A stretch of 64,000 nucleotides of DNA from Gordius albopunctatus (lineage: Eukaryota), in assembly GCA_964276515.1 (NCBI GenBank), contig OZ193909.1:5890001-5954000 (forward strand). Reading direction: 5' to 3'. The notes below the pieces were generated by a model. That model made no database searches. It saw nothing but the letters and a program-made list of their open reading frames with translations, and was not told the DNA's origin. Within the stretch, counting starts at the first letter, position 1; every line of letters starts with the position of its first letter. The position numbers and the translations under genes are program-made. Below are positions 1 to 12,894 of the stretch, one piece after another.

Positions 1-2020
1 ATATAATTATTAAAATTTTGCTAATAAATAATGTTTGCAGGCAAAAATAAGTTAAGATTTCCTTTGCAATCGTCCAAAGCGTGAAGTTATATATGAAGAT
101 TTTAGTATTAAATTACAAACTACTACAAGATGGAGCTCATAATAAACGAATTTTTATTTTGGCATATATTATAAAAAAGACAAAGTCTCATGGAATTAAT
201 CCGTGGGCGGAATATGTAAGCCACAGCGTAAATGAGTTTTTTATATGGCAGACCTAAGGAAATTTCCAAAATTCTTGAAAATTGCCCATAAATTGTATAG
301 CAATTAATGATAGTAATGACGATTGGAGGAAAAGTCAAGTTTAATAGATATGATGGGAATAGAAACATTAATTTTTAAACATTAGACCTATTTTAAAGAC
401 CGCTTTTATCTTGGTTAACAGCAAAAACTCTACGCACCTATTATGCCTAAATCTAAACCAAATTAAGTCTTAGAATTTAATTTAAAATCTTAAGTATTAA
501 TGTGCATGATTTAGTTAGTCAGTACTTAATCTCATTCAACGTACAATGGTATATTACGATGGAAAGTGGGAAATATGTGCGAACTATAATGAAAAGTGTG
601 CAATCATTTAGTTCATAACTTCAAAAAAAACTCGGGGGGTTTGATTGCGTTTGATTACCCAAACTTTTATTGCCCCGAGTCAATCGGTATAAGCCTACAC
701 AATGTTTCCTTATTAAAAATTGATTAAGATTAATTATAGTGCTCGGGGACAGGTTCAATTTAAAGGTAAAAATCTTTTTTTGCAACAACAAAATTAAAAA
801 ATAGTGTAAATAACATCTTAGATTGTAATGTAACAAACCCATGCAAAAATTGCTAACCAAGCATTTCAAACAGATATATATATATATATGAAAATTTACT
901 ATGATAGTTAACGAGCTTCAACAGATAAAATAACGACTCAGCAAATGTTGGCAATTGTTTTTAATAAAATCGTTACTTTAAAAACCCTGAGCAAAGGCAT
1001 GGGCGTACCCAGAATTGGAATTAGAGGGGGGGCAATAATAATTTAGGGAGGGGCAAAATGATCATTTTTTGAAAATTTTAGCCATTATCTTAATAAATTT
1101 CAACAAGCGCAAAGGTCTTGTTGAGAGTATATTTGAAACAACGTATATATATTTAGCAAAAATTTATATTTTATGTTTAAAATACTTTTATCAATATTAA
1201 TGGTTCTTAGTCTACAAAATATAGCAAAGGGCTGGGAGTGCATTAAGAACAAAGCATAGAGTGAGGGGCGAAGTACGAAAATGACAAATGATAGCGAAAG
1301 GTAAAAAGAGCGAAAACCTTTTTAGCACTGGGAATGGAAAGTTTTATTTGAGAAACGGTGATGATATAAATGTGCATTGCAAATTTTACCGTAAAATAGT
1401 GGCAATCGCCCCCCCCCCCGCATGGCAGTCGTCGTAAGTCGATTGAACAAATGTTTCGTAGCCACCAAAAACGTGTCAGAACTCAATGGAGGGACATTAA
1501 AACAATTTTTAGAGGTTGAAATCTAATGAATCGTATCTCACTTAAAAACAATTTAGAAAGGTGCTCTGAAAGAAATCAAACAACATCTTCATTTCGCCGC
1601 TCTAGTGTTGTAAAAACGGATGGGTCTCTCCTTTGGTCCAACTTTAAGTTTTGTCGACTAAACTTCAACAAACCATAGATTTTTTGGCACTTCTTTCTTA
1701 GTCGCATAAATACACCAAACGCCGCTCTAATTAGGGTCCGAACAAATGAGGGATGCAAAAATATCTAGAACAGAAAAGCGAAGTGGCCCAATCCAAAAAA
1801 TTTTCTATATTCAAAAAAATTTGGTTAAAAATCGAAAATCTCGCACATCGTAACCCGGCAAGTAATAAGCAAACATTTAGTATCCCCCCCCCCATACAAA
1901 CGCCCATTTTATACGTCTATCAAAATGTCCTTCGTTTAGTTTAAGTGTGCTGGGTGGTAAAACAAGTTTTCACCATTTAATGTGGAATGTGGCCTGAAGA
2001 ATGGGCCGTCTTTGGCTAAA

Positions 2021-2287
2021 CTTCACTTCTGTGCAAAATGTAATATGTGCAAAATGTAATATAGGCAAGGGTTAGGGTTATATTTAGTGATTTATTTGAT
2101 AATATGTATTTATTTATAAAATAGTATTATACGTTTTGATATAACTTATTTTGTTTCAATTAACAATTATAGTATCCTTTTATTACGTAGATTTTTAGTA
2201 CCTATTACATGCGTATGAATATGCGTGAAAACCGGTCTCAATTTCTAAAATGCAAATATTAAATTATTAGATTTTGCACCAGATTCC
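2021..2287. mobile_element. Non-autonomous Helentron/HINE-like repeat, copy 1
   Basis: Near-identical inverted copy at 9981-10242. Subterminal inverted GTGCAAAAT motifs and an internal GGTTAGGGTTA tract. Family assignment is inferred. Confidence 0.55.
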
Positions 2288-3340
2288 TAAATTAACTTCA
2301 AGAGCCAAAATGTTTAGAAGGCACCCTCCCTCCCCCTCCGATCACACTTTAAACGAAGCCATAAATTATAAGGGCATAGCAGCCATCATTTGTGCTCAGC
2401 TCTAGGCGTTGTTTTACTCACCTAATTTTATCCCATTATTTCCAACCCATTACAAATTGTGGCATCGTAAAAAACTTATTGAACCGCCCATTGTTTGGTA
2501 GAGAGTTCGTTAGGGGCCGGGCGCAAATCTAATAAGCAGCACACGTTTTTAATTTCAACTTAAACTAGCGTAGCGCCGGCTTCTTTACAAAGAAATATTT
2601 TTTGATAAATACACCATCAAAGAAAGTGAGGAGCTCGCTGCGCTAACTTTCACGCCTTTATAAATCAAGGGAAAAGTTTTAACAAAGAGCCCAGTTTTGT
2701 TAAACAGCCTCAAAAGGGCGGCCATTAATAAAACTTGATTTTCATCTCACAGCAGCAGCGAGACTCATTATAGTGCAAAAAATAAATTTATGAGTTAAGG
2801 AGGACGAACCATTAAAAGGGAAATAATAAAATTTATAAAACTAGGTAGTAGAGAAGTAAGGCTTAAGGCACCGCTTTGCAGCAGCAGGGATATTACATAT
2901 ATGGTTCATAATAAGCCCATGGGCGTGGCCAGGACTGGAATTAGAGGGGGGAGGGGCAAAATGATCATTTTTTGAAATTTTAGCCATATTTATATTAAAT
3001 TTTAATAAATTTTTGGATTTATAAGGGGGCAGCTGCCCCTCCCTATCTCCCCCAGGCTAAGCCTATGTTCATAACTATAATCATTTATATAGGGCCAACT
3101 TTAATTAGGTAATATAAAAACGTAGTCCTCCATCGTTTGTCAGGAATAATAAGCTAAAAAATGTTTAATTTCCTGGGGCTTCTGACCCATTAAAAATTAA
3201 TAATTACACACATCACATATAAGTTCCATTTTCAAGTGCTATTTAAATTTTTAACCATTTAGCTATGAAAGCCTAGGCTAGGCACTAAAAATATAATTAC
3301 CCACAATAACTTCTTTTTTTAAATATTTTGAGATTAAAAG

Positions 3341-4011
3341 TAAGGTTGCACCGATATCAAATTTTTAACCGATACCACCGATATTTAAATAAATATACCG
3401 ATACCGATATTTTACATCTTATAAAATCTAGAGATGATTATTGAGGATATGTTTTCTAAGATTTGTGGTGTTAATATTAATTGATGTCTTGCCACCTCGG
3501 AAAACTTTTTTATTGCAGTTATCAATTGTACAGGCTGCAATATGTGCCGAGTTCTCATCAATTATAAAATAATTCCAAATTAATGACTTGCTTTTAGACC
3601 TAAATATAATTTAATTTTAAAATAAAGTAAACGTAAGGTCATTTGAATTAATAATTCACAACATAGAATGCTATTCTAATTTAAAATATTTTAAATGCTT
3701 TGTTGATAAATATTATATATATTAAAAATCGTATATACAATATATAATATAAAAATAAATACATTATATTATAAATTGCAGATACGAACTAACTTACATA
3801 ATAATATAAACAAGTGGCGGTAGAAATTTGAATGAATGGATCAATGAAAAAATAAATTAGATTTAAGAGCAATTAAGTAAAATTTAATTCAAAAAGTATA
3901 TAGATATACAGCTCTAACAAATATAATATTTGTAAAAAAAGTTTCAAATATCGGTAACGATATCGTTAAAAATCGTGATATCGGTACCGATACCGAATCG
4001 GTGCAGCCATA
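3341..4011. mobile_element. hAT-type MITE
   Basis: TIR TAAGGTTGCACCGAT / ATCGGTGCAGCCATA; perfect 8-bp TSD ATTAAAAG (3333-3340, 4012-4019); subterminal ACCGAT repeats. Confidence 0.9.
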
Positions 4012-5013
4012 ATTAAAAGGACCAAATTTATGCTTAACAAGGGGTTGAGCCATACATAGAGTTCAAATGAACCATCTGTCTTCATTTAATTTGATTCATA
4101 AAAGCAAAGGCTACTATAAAAATGTTTAAATATAAGGACTTTTGGATACTTTACATCAGATCTTTTGTAAATCATTTTAGAGATTTTGGCACTTTAAGAC
4201 AATCAATTACCATAAATCTGGATTAATGCATCAAACGAATCGATTAAATTAAAACTCTATTTCTAACCAATAGTCCTAGTGAAAGACTAATTGCAAAAAA
4301 GGATAGTTCGTGTTTTCCATAAAAGAAGATATGAAACTAAAGGAATATTTTAAAAAACGAACAAAATTGATTAACTACTAGCTGTTGTAAAACAACAGCT
4401 TTGTACCTTTATTTGCTGTGTCAAGGAAAAACATAACATGTAGTAAACAAAGGTACAAATTGTAGTAGCCCATTAATCAAATAGCTAACCCCTGATTCAC
4501 GAGAAGAGATATCCACAAAATAACAAGTTTTTCACTATCAATCACAAAAACTAATTAATTAAATTCAATGTAGAGAATAAAAATAAAAATTAGCAGCATT
4601 AGTGAGTCATGATGCTCCAGTCAAGAAGACGAAATTTGAACAGAAGGTAAGGCGCCACATTTCAATAACAAAAAAGTAATTGGCCAACTTTCATCGCGAC
4701 ACAATGGCTATTAAATTTAATCGCGAGTGGATGTAAGACAAACCTATAGAACTGCAAACTCACTTTTTTCAACCCGAACACCCGAAAGCCTTTTAAGGTG
4801 TTCAACCCGATGTCTCTAGGCAATCCATTCCATAGATTTACATTGGAAAAATATTTTTAATGAGCGGGGTTCGTCCCTGCCTTTGTGACGACCACGAAAG
4901 GCATATTTTCAAAAATTCGCAATTATATAAGTGAGAAATTTGACGAGACCCTTTTGAATTACTAACGCGCTTTAACATTATTTTTATTCGTTTATTTTAT
5001 AGTAATAAAGAGG

Positions 5014-5556
5014 CATGCGCGTAGCCAGCATTGAAATTAGAAGGTTTAGAAATTTTAACCATAATTTAAATAATTTTTTGGATTTAGAGGGGGCAGCAGC
5101 GCCTCCCTGCCCCCCTGGCTACCAAAGGTCAGATTTGTTAAAAAAAATTTCTGCCCGACCCCGGCCCGATTTTATAATTAATCTGCCCGCCTGAACCCTT
5201 CTGTGTCCGCCGGGCAATGCCCAAATTATCCCAGCTGCCCGAACTTCCCGGCCCGAAATAATGTGTTTTAAAATTTTTAGCACTAATATCGTTATATTTT
5301 TTAAAAATTTTATTTTAATTTTTCATTTCTTTTTAAATGAGAACCAGGATTAACAAACATTATGAAATCAATTAGAAAAATTGGCAAAATATACACAAAA
5401 ACAATATAATACATTATTGTAAAAACAAAATTGAGCCCGAATTTCCCGAATCTTATTATGGTACCCACCCGGGCCCGCCCTTAAGTTTAAATTTAGGACA
5501 GTTGCCCGGCCCGTGGGCCGGGTGGGCAAATCTGGTCTCTGCTGGTTACGTCTATG
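5014..5556. mobile_element. Short CATGGGCGTAGCC-family MITE with a second hAT MITE (5123-5541) nested in its right TIR
   Basis: Inner element TIR CAAAGGTCAGATTTG / CAAATCTGGTCTCTG with TSD CTGGCTAC/CTGGTTAC. Removing it restores the host terminus GGCTACGTCTATG. Confidence 0.75.
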
Positions 5557-6096
5557 ATAAGAGCCATTAAATTAAAGATCTATGCAATACAAATGTTTAC
5601 AAAAGAAGAGCACGAGCAGGCTATGCTATGGTCTTATAAAGAATCCAGGCAAAATAGAAAACCGTATTTATATTTAAAGAAGGAAAAAACCCTTGGTTTG
5701 CCTTTCAGAAAGATATTCTGGTTCAAGCACACCTGAACTCTTGTTCATGATGACTAAAATCAACAAAACCAAACCAGTTAAGCGAGTGCTCGTAAAATGA
5801 TGCTATGAAATTTAACTATGTCACATCTTTTAATCGTAATCAAAATAGCAAATGCAAACAAAAGGTTGATCAATTTATACGGGCAATAAAAACAAATTGC
5901 ATGCAAATCAAAAATTTAACTAAAATAAAACATATTTATTTAATGTAGTGATCATTCATACAACATATTAATTTCGTCTGCATTTGATATATATATATGT
6001 GCCAGCTTTAATTTTAATAGAATACCCATCTTAGAGTTTTAAATAAATTAAATGAGAGAGTTTAAGGTTAATTTAACATATAAAATGGAATATTAC

Positions 6097-6253
6097 CTTC
6101 CACGATGGCTGAAGAAGATAGGGCATCACTGGCTAAGGAAGCTAATGAGCAACTTTTGGAATTGTAAACTTGCAGCAAATTTCCAAGTTTGAGGAGGAAT
6201 TTGTGCGAACGTGGCAAAGATCCGATATTTTGACGATATTGTACTGTTGACAT
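6097..6253 (-). CDS. Possible first coding exon of an unidentified minus-strand gene (transit-peptide-like)
   Basis: ataATG followed by 52 codons rich in S/L/K/R and poor in acidic residues, ending at G|GTAATA. TATAAAAAGG lies upstream on the same strand at 6602-6611. No downstream exon identified. Confidence 0.3.
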
Positions 6254-6601
6254 TATTAAAACACAATTTAATAAATTTGATATGCTCTATTTTCAAAATT
6301 CAAAAAATAAACTCTCCTTCAATGTGTCTGTCTGTGGTACAGTTGTTAAGGAATCGCAACACCGTTTTCCTGGAATTTAAGGCCCGAGTTTAATTTTTAA
6401 CTGGATAATAAAGGAAGGTTGGATGAATAATGATGAGTTTTGATAGGATATGGAGAGATCTTGCGGTGAGATAGATTGATAATAGCGCTATTTTATAGCC
6501 AAAAAAATATTCTCTTTGAAATTTGAAAGGCAGGCCAGGGGTAGTAAAGAAGTCTTAAATTCGAAGAAAAGATAAATGGTTCGCTTGTGCGTTTGAACCT
6601 T

Positions 6602-6611
6602 CCTTTTTATA
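6602..6611 (-). promoter_or_regulatory. Candidate TATA box
   Basis: Minus strand reads cgccTATAAAAAGG in a GC-flanked context, upstream of the candidate exon at 6253. Confidence 0.3.
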
Positions 6612-8333
6612 GGCGAGGTGTGTCCTCAGCCTCACTCATTTGGTATGCAAAAATAAACAAGAGATGTTAGTGGTGCTGGTGCGCTAGCGCCTGACTTTGT
6701 AAACAAACACTACCAATATCGATTTGTGTACGGTTTGCCTACCGTTTGGCCCAACTTATTATTTGTTTACCATCTCGATTTATGTGCGGTGTTATTTTAA
6801 AAAAATTTAAAACATTAGTTTTGTTTTCAATAAAAATTACTTAAACATATGTTAAATAATTCCAATAAACCCAATTCACAAGTGAGTTTAATTATTATTA
6901 TTTAGAAAACCTTATAGCATAGGAGTAGCCAAGGGGGAGAGGGCAGGGACGGGCGGCTGTCCTCCTCTAAATCCAAAGATTCTTTAAAATTATGGAAATT
7001 TCGAAAAAAATTTATTTTTCCCCTCCCTAAATCATATTTGTCCCCTCTAATTCCAATGCTGGCTACACGCCCTATAGCTTGATCTCACATATAAATTGTA
7101 GAATTAAAAAGGTGGAAGAAAGGAGACAGTATTTGCTTTGCACAATTTAGGTAGAAATATGGAAAGCAACAATTAATTAATTTTTAATTTTTTAGAAATT
7201 TCGTGTCCTGTTTACTTAAATATTTTTCGATTCCTTTCGACCCAAAATTTGTAAGTTACTGTCTTCTTTAATTATAATTCAAATAAGTTTTTATTCGAAA
7301 GGAACCCAGAAAATTTGGTTAACAGCGAAGAAATATTTATTTGGAAAAAATTTTACCTGGCGCCTAAAGTGCAGACAAGATAACTAAATTAAATTATGGT
7401 AATTTAATATAACACAGCAGGAGGAACCTAGAGGTGTCTGTAGCCAAAATGTAACAGATATTTCATTACGATTTGGCGAAAACGCGTTGAAACCTCGTTT
7501 TAAGATAACTTCGCAAATTTTTAAAGGTTAATATCAATAAACGGCGCCGTTTAATAAATCGTGACATGGTGCTACTTTGGTTATTCGAAATTATTTGTGA
7601 ATAAAGTTTGTTAAAATATAATCCGAATATAAATTTCGTCTGCTCTCTTACGCAAATTTCACATTTAATATCTGCAATATTTAATCCGAGAGTGATTTTC
7701 AAATTCGTAAAAATTGTAAAAATCTCGATTTGTGTAAAGAAAAATTGTTTGACTATATTCAAAAAATTATTATATTTATTAAATCGGAATGACTTAATAT
7801 ATATTTTGTTGGTCCATCAACTAATTTTGGACCAGTTGAGATTTGCAAATAAAACATATGCGATTAAACACACTTAATTTTTCAAAGCCCCAAGGTCAAA
7901 CAAACCTAAATAAGCCAAACAACGTACCCTAAATCTGATAAGTCAGCCCAAGGGCTAATTCATATCCGTTAAAATAAATTGCTAGCAATTAAACGAGCCC
8001 ATAAATTGCATAGCAATTAAAAAAATTGCCACACATTTGGTTTCTTAATTTTATGCCCTGGACAAGCAACCAAGAGATGCAATCATTTCTGGAGATCTGC
8101 ACGGTAGGATCCGTGGGCTGGTACGGTCGAGCTTTGAAACTAACAAACTGGGGGGGGGGGTAGGGCTCGAAGGGGGGTGCAAATATTTATAACAGCCGAG
8201 GACGGGCCTAAAAATCTTTAAAAACGCTACTGCAATCTTATTGACCAGTTTAGACAATTGATTTTAAATTCTTATTTACATAGGATTATTACACGATTAA
8301 TCTAAATTTGGCATTGATTTGTGTGTGAAAAAA

Positions 8334-8462
8334 CAAGGGCGTATCAGCATTGGAATTAGAGGGGGGGCAATAATGATTTAGGGAGGGGCAAAATGATTAT
8401 AACAATTTTTAAATTTAGAGGGGCCTACCCTCCCTGCCCTGACCCCCTTGGCTACGCCCAGG
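8334..8462. mobile_element. Representative of an abundant ~130-180-bp hAT MITE family (TIR CA[T/G]GGGCGTAGCC)
   Basis: TSD TGAAAAAA/TGAAAATA. Related copies start at about 998, 2918, 5014, 6918, 18054, 31791, 46588 (TSD TTGTAATG/TTATAATG), 47434, 47797, 50301 and 50729; another ends at about 42785. Confidence 0.85.
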
Positions 8463-8976
8463 TGAAAATAGAAATGGCGACATTATTAATTTATTCTGCG
8501 CTTATTTATAAACCATTTAATTACCTTTAACACTCACTTCGCATTTCTCTCAAATTGATTTTTACAATTTGCTTATTTAATATTATTTCCTAGAATTTGA
8601 TTTCACTTCAACATCACATAATAAAATTAACTGTAATAATGGTTCAAGGTGAGAGAAGGTTAATGACACGGTGCCTCGCAATTGTGGCTTGAAAAACATA
8701 TTACCTCCGTCTGATACAAAACAATTAATATACGGCTTATAAATTTTTGCCTTGAAACGACAGTCAGAACTCCGGGTTGAAATTGGATTACATCAAGGAT
8801 CTGCTCTAAATCCTCCTTTATTCAATTATGGACTCGATAACGAGTGGCATTCAAAAGGTATCTCCTTGGTATATGCTATATGCCAATTATTATTATATAA
8901 TACTTTGCGAAGAGACAAAGGTGGTTAAAGGGCTGAATTGGGTATGGTTTAAAGGTGAACAATCGATACCCTGTAT

Positions 8977-11432
8977 TAGTGTTGTAAAAAACCAAGGGTT
9001 TCTATTGGTCGCCTGCAAGCGTTGCCGTTTTTTTTCACCCAGCCTTTTCAGTGTTAGGTGAATTTTCTTGGGAGGGCTTTGGCGTTTTAGTAAAAAACAC
9101 CCAAAGCGTTTTGGGTGAATTTTTGTGGGCCACCCTTGGCGTTTAGGTTTGGGTGTATTAAACACCTAAAGGGTTTGGGTGGATAATATATTTAACCTTT
9201 TGGTTTGGTTTTGGGTTGGGCATGCAAATATATCAATTTGTTTGTATTGTTATCATATTTGCTGTATTTAGATTTAGGTAATGAACTTTTAATTTAAGAG
9301 AATAAAAATAGATGTATCATGACGTCACTGAGTTAAAACTTTTCCCATTGTGACGTCATAATGAAAAGTATTATAATCTAATCTCTAGTAAATTATAGTT
9401 AATTATTATGCATTATAGAATATGTTTTATTTATGAAATTTTTTTATTTTTTACCCTCTTTCTCACCTGGGGAGGAACGGCGGGCAGGTGGGGTGTTTGC
9501 CCCCCCCCCTTATTTTTTACCCTCTTTCTCACTTGGGGAGGGGGGGGGGTAGGTAATTTGGCCCCTGCCCCTTTTTTATCATTTTAAATGACAATAAATA
9601 GAAAACGATTATAAAGTGAGATTTATCTGGTTATTCGAGAGCAGATTTTGAATTCGATCATTCAATTCCAAATTAATATTTTAAAATTATTTATTCTAAA
9701 TTAATGACAGCTAACAGATCCCCCTCTAAATATTCCCGGCATTTTTATTAAAATAACCAATAGCAATTTTAATCACAAAATTTGATTTCGAATATATTTT
9801 GAATTCCTCGCCTCTTGTAAAAGATAAAGACTTATTTATTTTATATTTGTAGCATTTTAAATTAATTGTATTAATTAAATTCATATTATTAAAATATATT
9901 TTCAATATCAGAGAACAACATCCCGTGCGACTCAGACATATCACCACCTCCATGTATTAATCCACCCTCTTTCTCCCTTCGAATCTGGTGCAAAATGTAA
10001 TATGTGCAAAATCTAATAATGTAATATTCGCATTTTAGAAATTGAGACCGGTTTTCACGCATATTCATACGCATGTAATATGTACTAAAAAACTACGTAA
10101 TAAAAGGATACTATAATTGTTAATTGAAACAAAATAAGTTATATCAAAATGTATAATACAATTTTATAAATAAATACATATTATCAAATAAATCACTAAA
10201 TCTAATCCTAACCTTGCCTATATTAGATTTTGCACAGAAGTGCTCCCTTCTCTCGTTGCAATGTGCAATACCAGATTTAAACCTATCAGATTTAAGTTAA
10301 GTACTAAACTAAACATATAAATCATGGCACAACAAGACGGCATGGTGGGGCGTGGGCTGGCTAGGCTATTATATCATTTTACATTCATTTCTTTTTAACG
10401 TATAACATGATTAATAATTGTTACGATTTCGACTCTAACTCTAGCTCTAGATGGCAAATTTTTTTAAATTAGTAAAACTTCATATAAATATGATATTTAA
10501 TAATACAGCTTATTTCTTAAATGAAGTTAAATTAAAAAAATTTATTTTAATTGCTATGGTATATTAAGACAATTGTTGACCGCAAATCTTCAAAAATATT
10601 TTTTATAATAGTAGAACATCTTTTAGTCATATAATAAGTCTCTTTTCAAAAAAAAAATATTAATAGAAAATGTTGATTATGACATTTTTCACCACTGTAA
10701 CCGTAAAAATTCACAAAAATATTTTGAAAGAGTTAAAAAGGGCTTTCCGCCCCCCCCCCGGGGGGAGAAAGAGGGTGAAAAATAAAAAGAGGGGCGAATC
10801 ACCCCCCCCTCTCCCCGGCATCAGAAAGAGGGTAAAAAATAGGTGGGGGGGGGGCAAACACCCCACCTGCCCCCCGCATCAGAAAGAGGGTAAAAAATAA
10901 GGGGGGGGAGGGAAATACACCACCTGCTCGCCGTTCCTCCCCAGGTGAGAAAGAGGGTAAAAAATAAAAAAAATTTCATAAATAAAAAATATTCTATAAA
11001 GCATAATAATTAACTACAATTTACTAGAGATTAGATTATAATACTTTTCATTATGACGTCACAATGGGAAAAGTTTTAACTCTGTGACGTCATGATACAT
11101 TTATTTTTATTTTCTTAAATTAAAAGTTCATTACCTAAATCTAAATACAGCAAATATGATAACAATACAAACAAATTGATATATTTGCATGCCCAACCCA
11201 AAACGACCAAGAAGACCAAACCAAAAGGTTAATAATATTATCCACCCAAACAAAGCTTAATGCCAAAGGTGGCCCACAAAAATTCACCCAAAACGCTTTG
11301 GGTGTTTTTTACTAAAACGCCAAAGCCCTCCCAAGAAAATTCACCTAACACTGAAAAGGCTGGGTGGGAAAAAACGCCAACTAAGCTCAGCAATACGCTG
11401 GGAAAAACCAGCCAGCCGTTTTTACAACACTA
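8977..11432. mobile_element. 2.46-kb non-autonomous hAT element with ~550-bp inverted arms (foldback-like)
   Basis: TIR TAGTGTTGTAAAAA / TTTTTACAACACTA; perfect TSD CCCTGTAT (8969-8976, 11433-11440). Region ~9030-9560 is the reverse complement of ~10870-11380. Confidence 0.92.
9981..10242. mobile_element. Helentron/HINE-like repeat, copy 2, nested in the 2.46-kb hAT
   Basis: Reverse complement of 2021-2287. Confidence 0.55.
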
Positions 11433-12894
11433 CCCTGTATACATAGAGATAACATTAGAGGCATGGAACCATCGCTAAATGATGATAATTTAATTACCCA
11501 AAAGTAGAAAGGTTTACCCCCCTCTGCTCGATGCTAAATCAAGAGGCAGGTTGCGCAAAAGAAATTAATGCACAGATCAAAAAAGCATGGCTTAAATGGC
11601 AAGTATATCCAATGTAATGTGCAACAAGAAGATGCCAATATGGTTGAAGAGCATACAAATCCATCGTTATACTTCTTTTACTCTACGAAAGTGAAACTCG
11701 GGCCTTAAGCGCTATCGAAGAAAAGTTATTACAAGCCACGGAGACGAGAATGATACAGTGGAGCTTATAACATACTGAGCTCGACCCAATGACGAATAAC
11801 TGTCTCATGGCAAAAATGGATATTTAAACTATGGCGGACTTAATAGTTAAGTCGTCATCTAATAAGAAGGGAAGCGAGTGCTGCTTTATCCCAAACCTCC
11901 GTTTTTATTCCTATCGTCTCGTCGTGCTCAGGGACGTTTGGGAAGAGCGCATTAAATTTTTTAAAAGAACTCAATAAACGCACGCCCCTTATAAAATATC
12001 GAATAGTTTTTACTAAGACAATCAATTGCCATCGCGATCGCTAAATCCAATTTTTATTCTTTGATGGATTCAATCCCCATTCTCAAAGATGAAGAAACGG
12101 ATAATGTGTTTTAATCATTTTTTTATAAATGTTTTCGTCCTTGTATCTTTTTTCACTCAATATTTAATACTTTTCATTTAATAAAGCATGTCAATTAAAA
12201 AAAAGAGTATCGGACGTGGAGGTGCCGGGGAAAAATGACGGGGACGACCTCATGCGAGAGGAAAAAGTTAAGATGGATAGAATAGGAGTAAGCCCTTAGT
12301 CGATGATGATATAAACTGATCAAAACAAGCTCCACGACTGTGGGGCGACTTCAACCATAAAGAAGATTAAATTCCATTCCTACCCGGCACAAAGGAATAT
12401 ATTTTTGCAACTCTAACCCTCATTTCGAATCACCTTTACTAAAAAACAATGATGACTGACCGTTAAACAGACATCTTTAGGACGACCTGTGGTATTTAAA
12501 GTTAAATTTTGACGTCACAGCTTTTTATTGTTGAAAGAGTATGACAACGTTTGTCATTTAACAAATAAATTATAAACTTTTTAATGTGGATTGGAAAGAA
12601 GGACGTATATTAAACAATAGATGCATAATAGACCATTCTTGTTTGTAAATATTTATAACAATGAACTAGGACTACATTTAAAAACAAAACTTTATTATCA
12701 ATTTCCATTATTTAAGGTAATCACTGTATTACATGGGATATCAGACAAAACGGCGTAAAAGACAGGGAAGCTGACTACAATTATCTAAAAAAAAGAGATT
12801 CATTCTTCTATGACCCTCGCCTAAGCAGGTGGTGGCATCTCGGAAAAATACTTCATTTATAAAATTTGATCATTCCTAAAAGCCCGATTCTCGT

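Larger units (their letters stand above)
8640..11830 (+). pseudogene. Decayed RTE-clade LINE reverse transcriptase, split by a hAT insertion
   Basis: Motifs IGLHQGSALNP..IMDSIT..SPWYMLYAN lie before 8976. The RTE C-terminal remnant continues after 11440 (AWLKW.., LLYESET, ETRMIQW). Stops and frameshifts throughout. Confidence 0.75.

Noticed and set aside
123..368. 81-aa minus-strand ORF as the next exon of the 6253 gene
   Set aside because: A phase-compatible acceptor exists at about 254, but the peptide is unrecognisable and ends quickly.
1603..1616. TAGTGTTGTAAAAA terminus as a complete element
   Set aside because: No matching opposite TIR or TSD found nearby; a solitary end only.
2059..2070. 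GGGTTAGGGTTA as a telomere seed
   Set aside because: Only two units, inside a dispersed repeat that recurs at 9981-10242.
4594..4646. Exon-like segment ending AAG|GTAAGG
   Set aside because: No partner exons or recognisable peptide; cannot be supported.
8001..8020. 20-bp motif as an RFX X-box
   Set aside because: It lacks the GTT..AAC ends and has different spacing.
10670..11478. ORFs of 76 and 72 aa (similarly 49580-49873 and 27848-28138)
   Set aside because: Translations of GC-rich repeat or TE-like sequence with no protein-like features.
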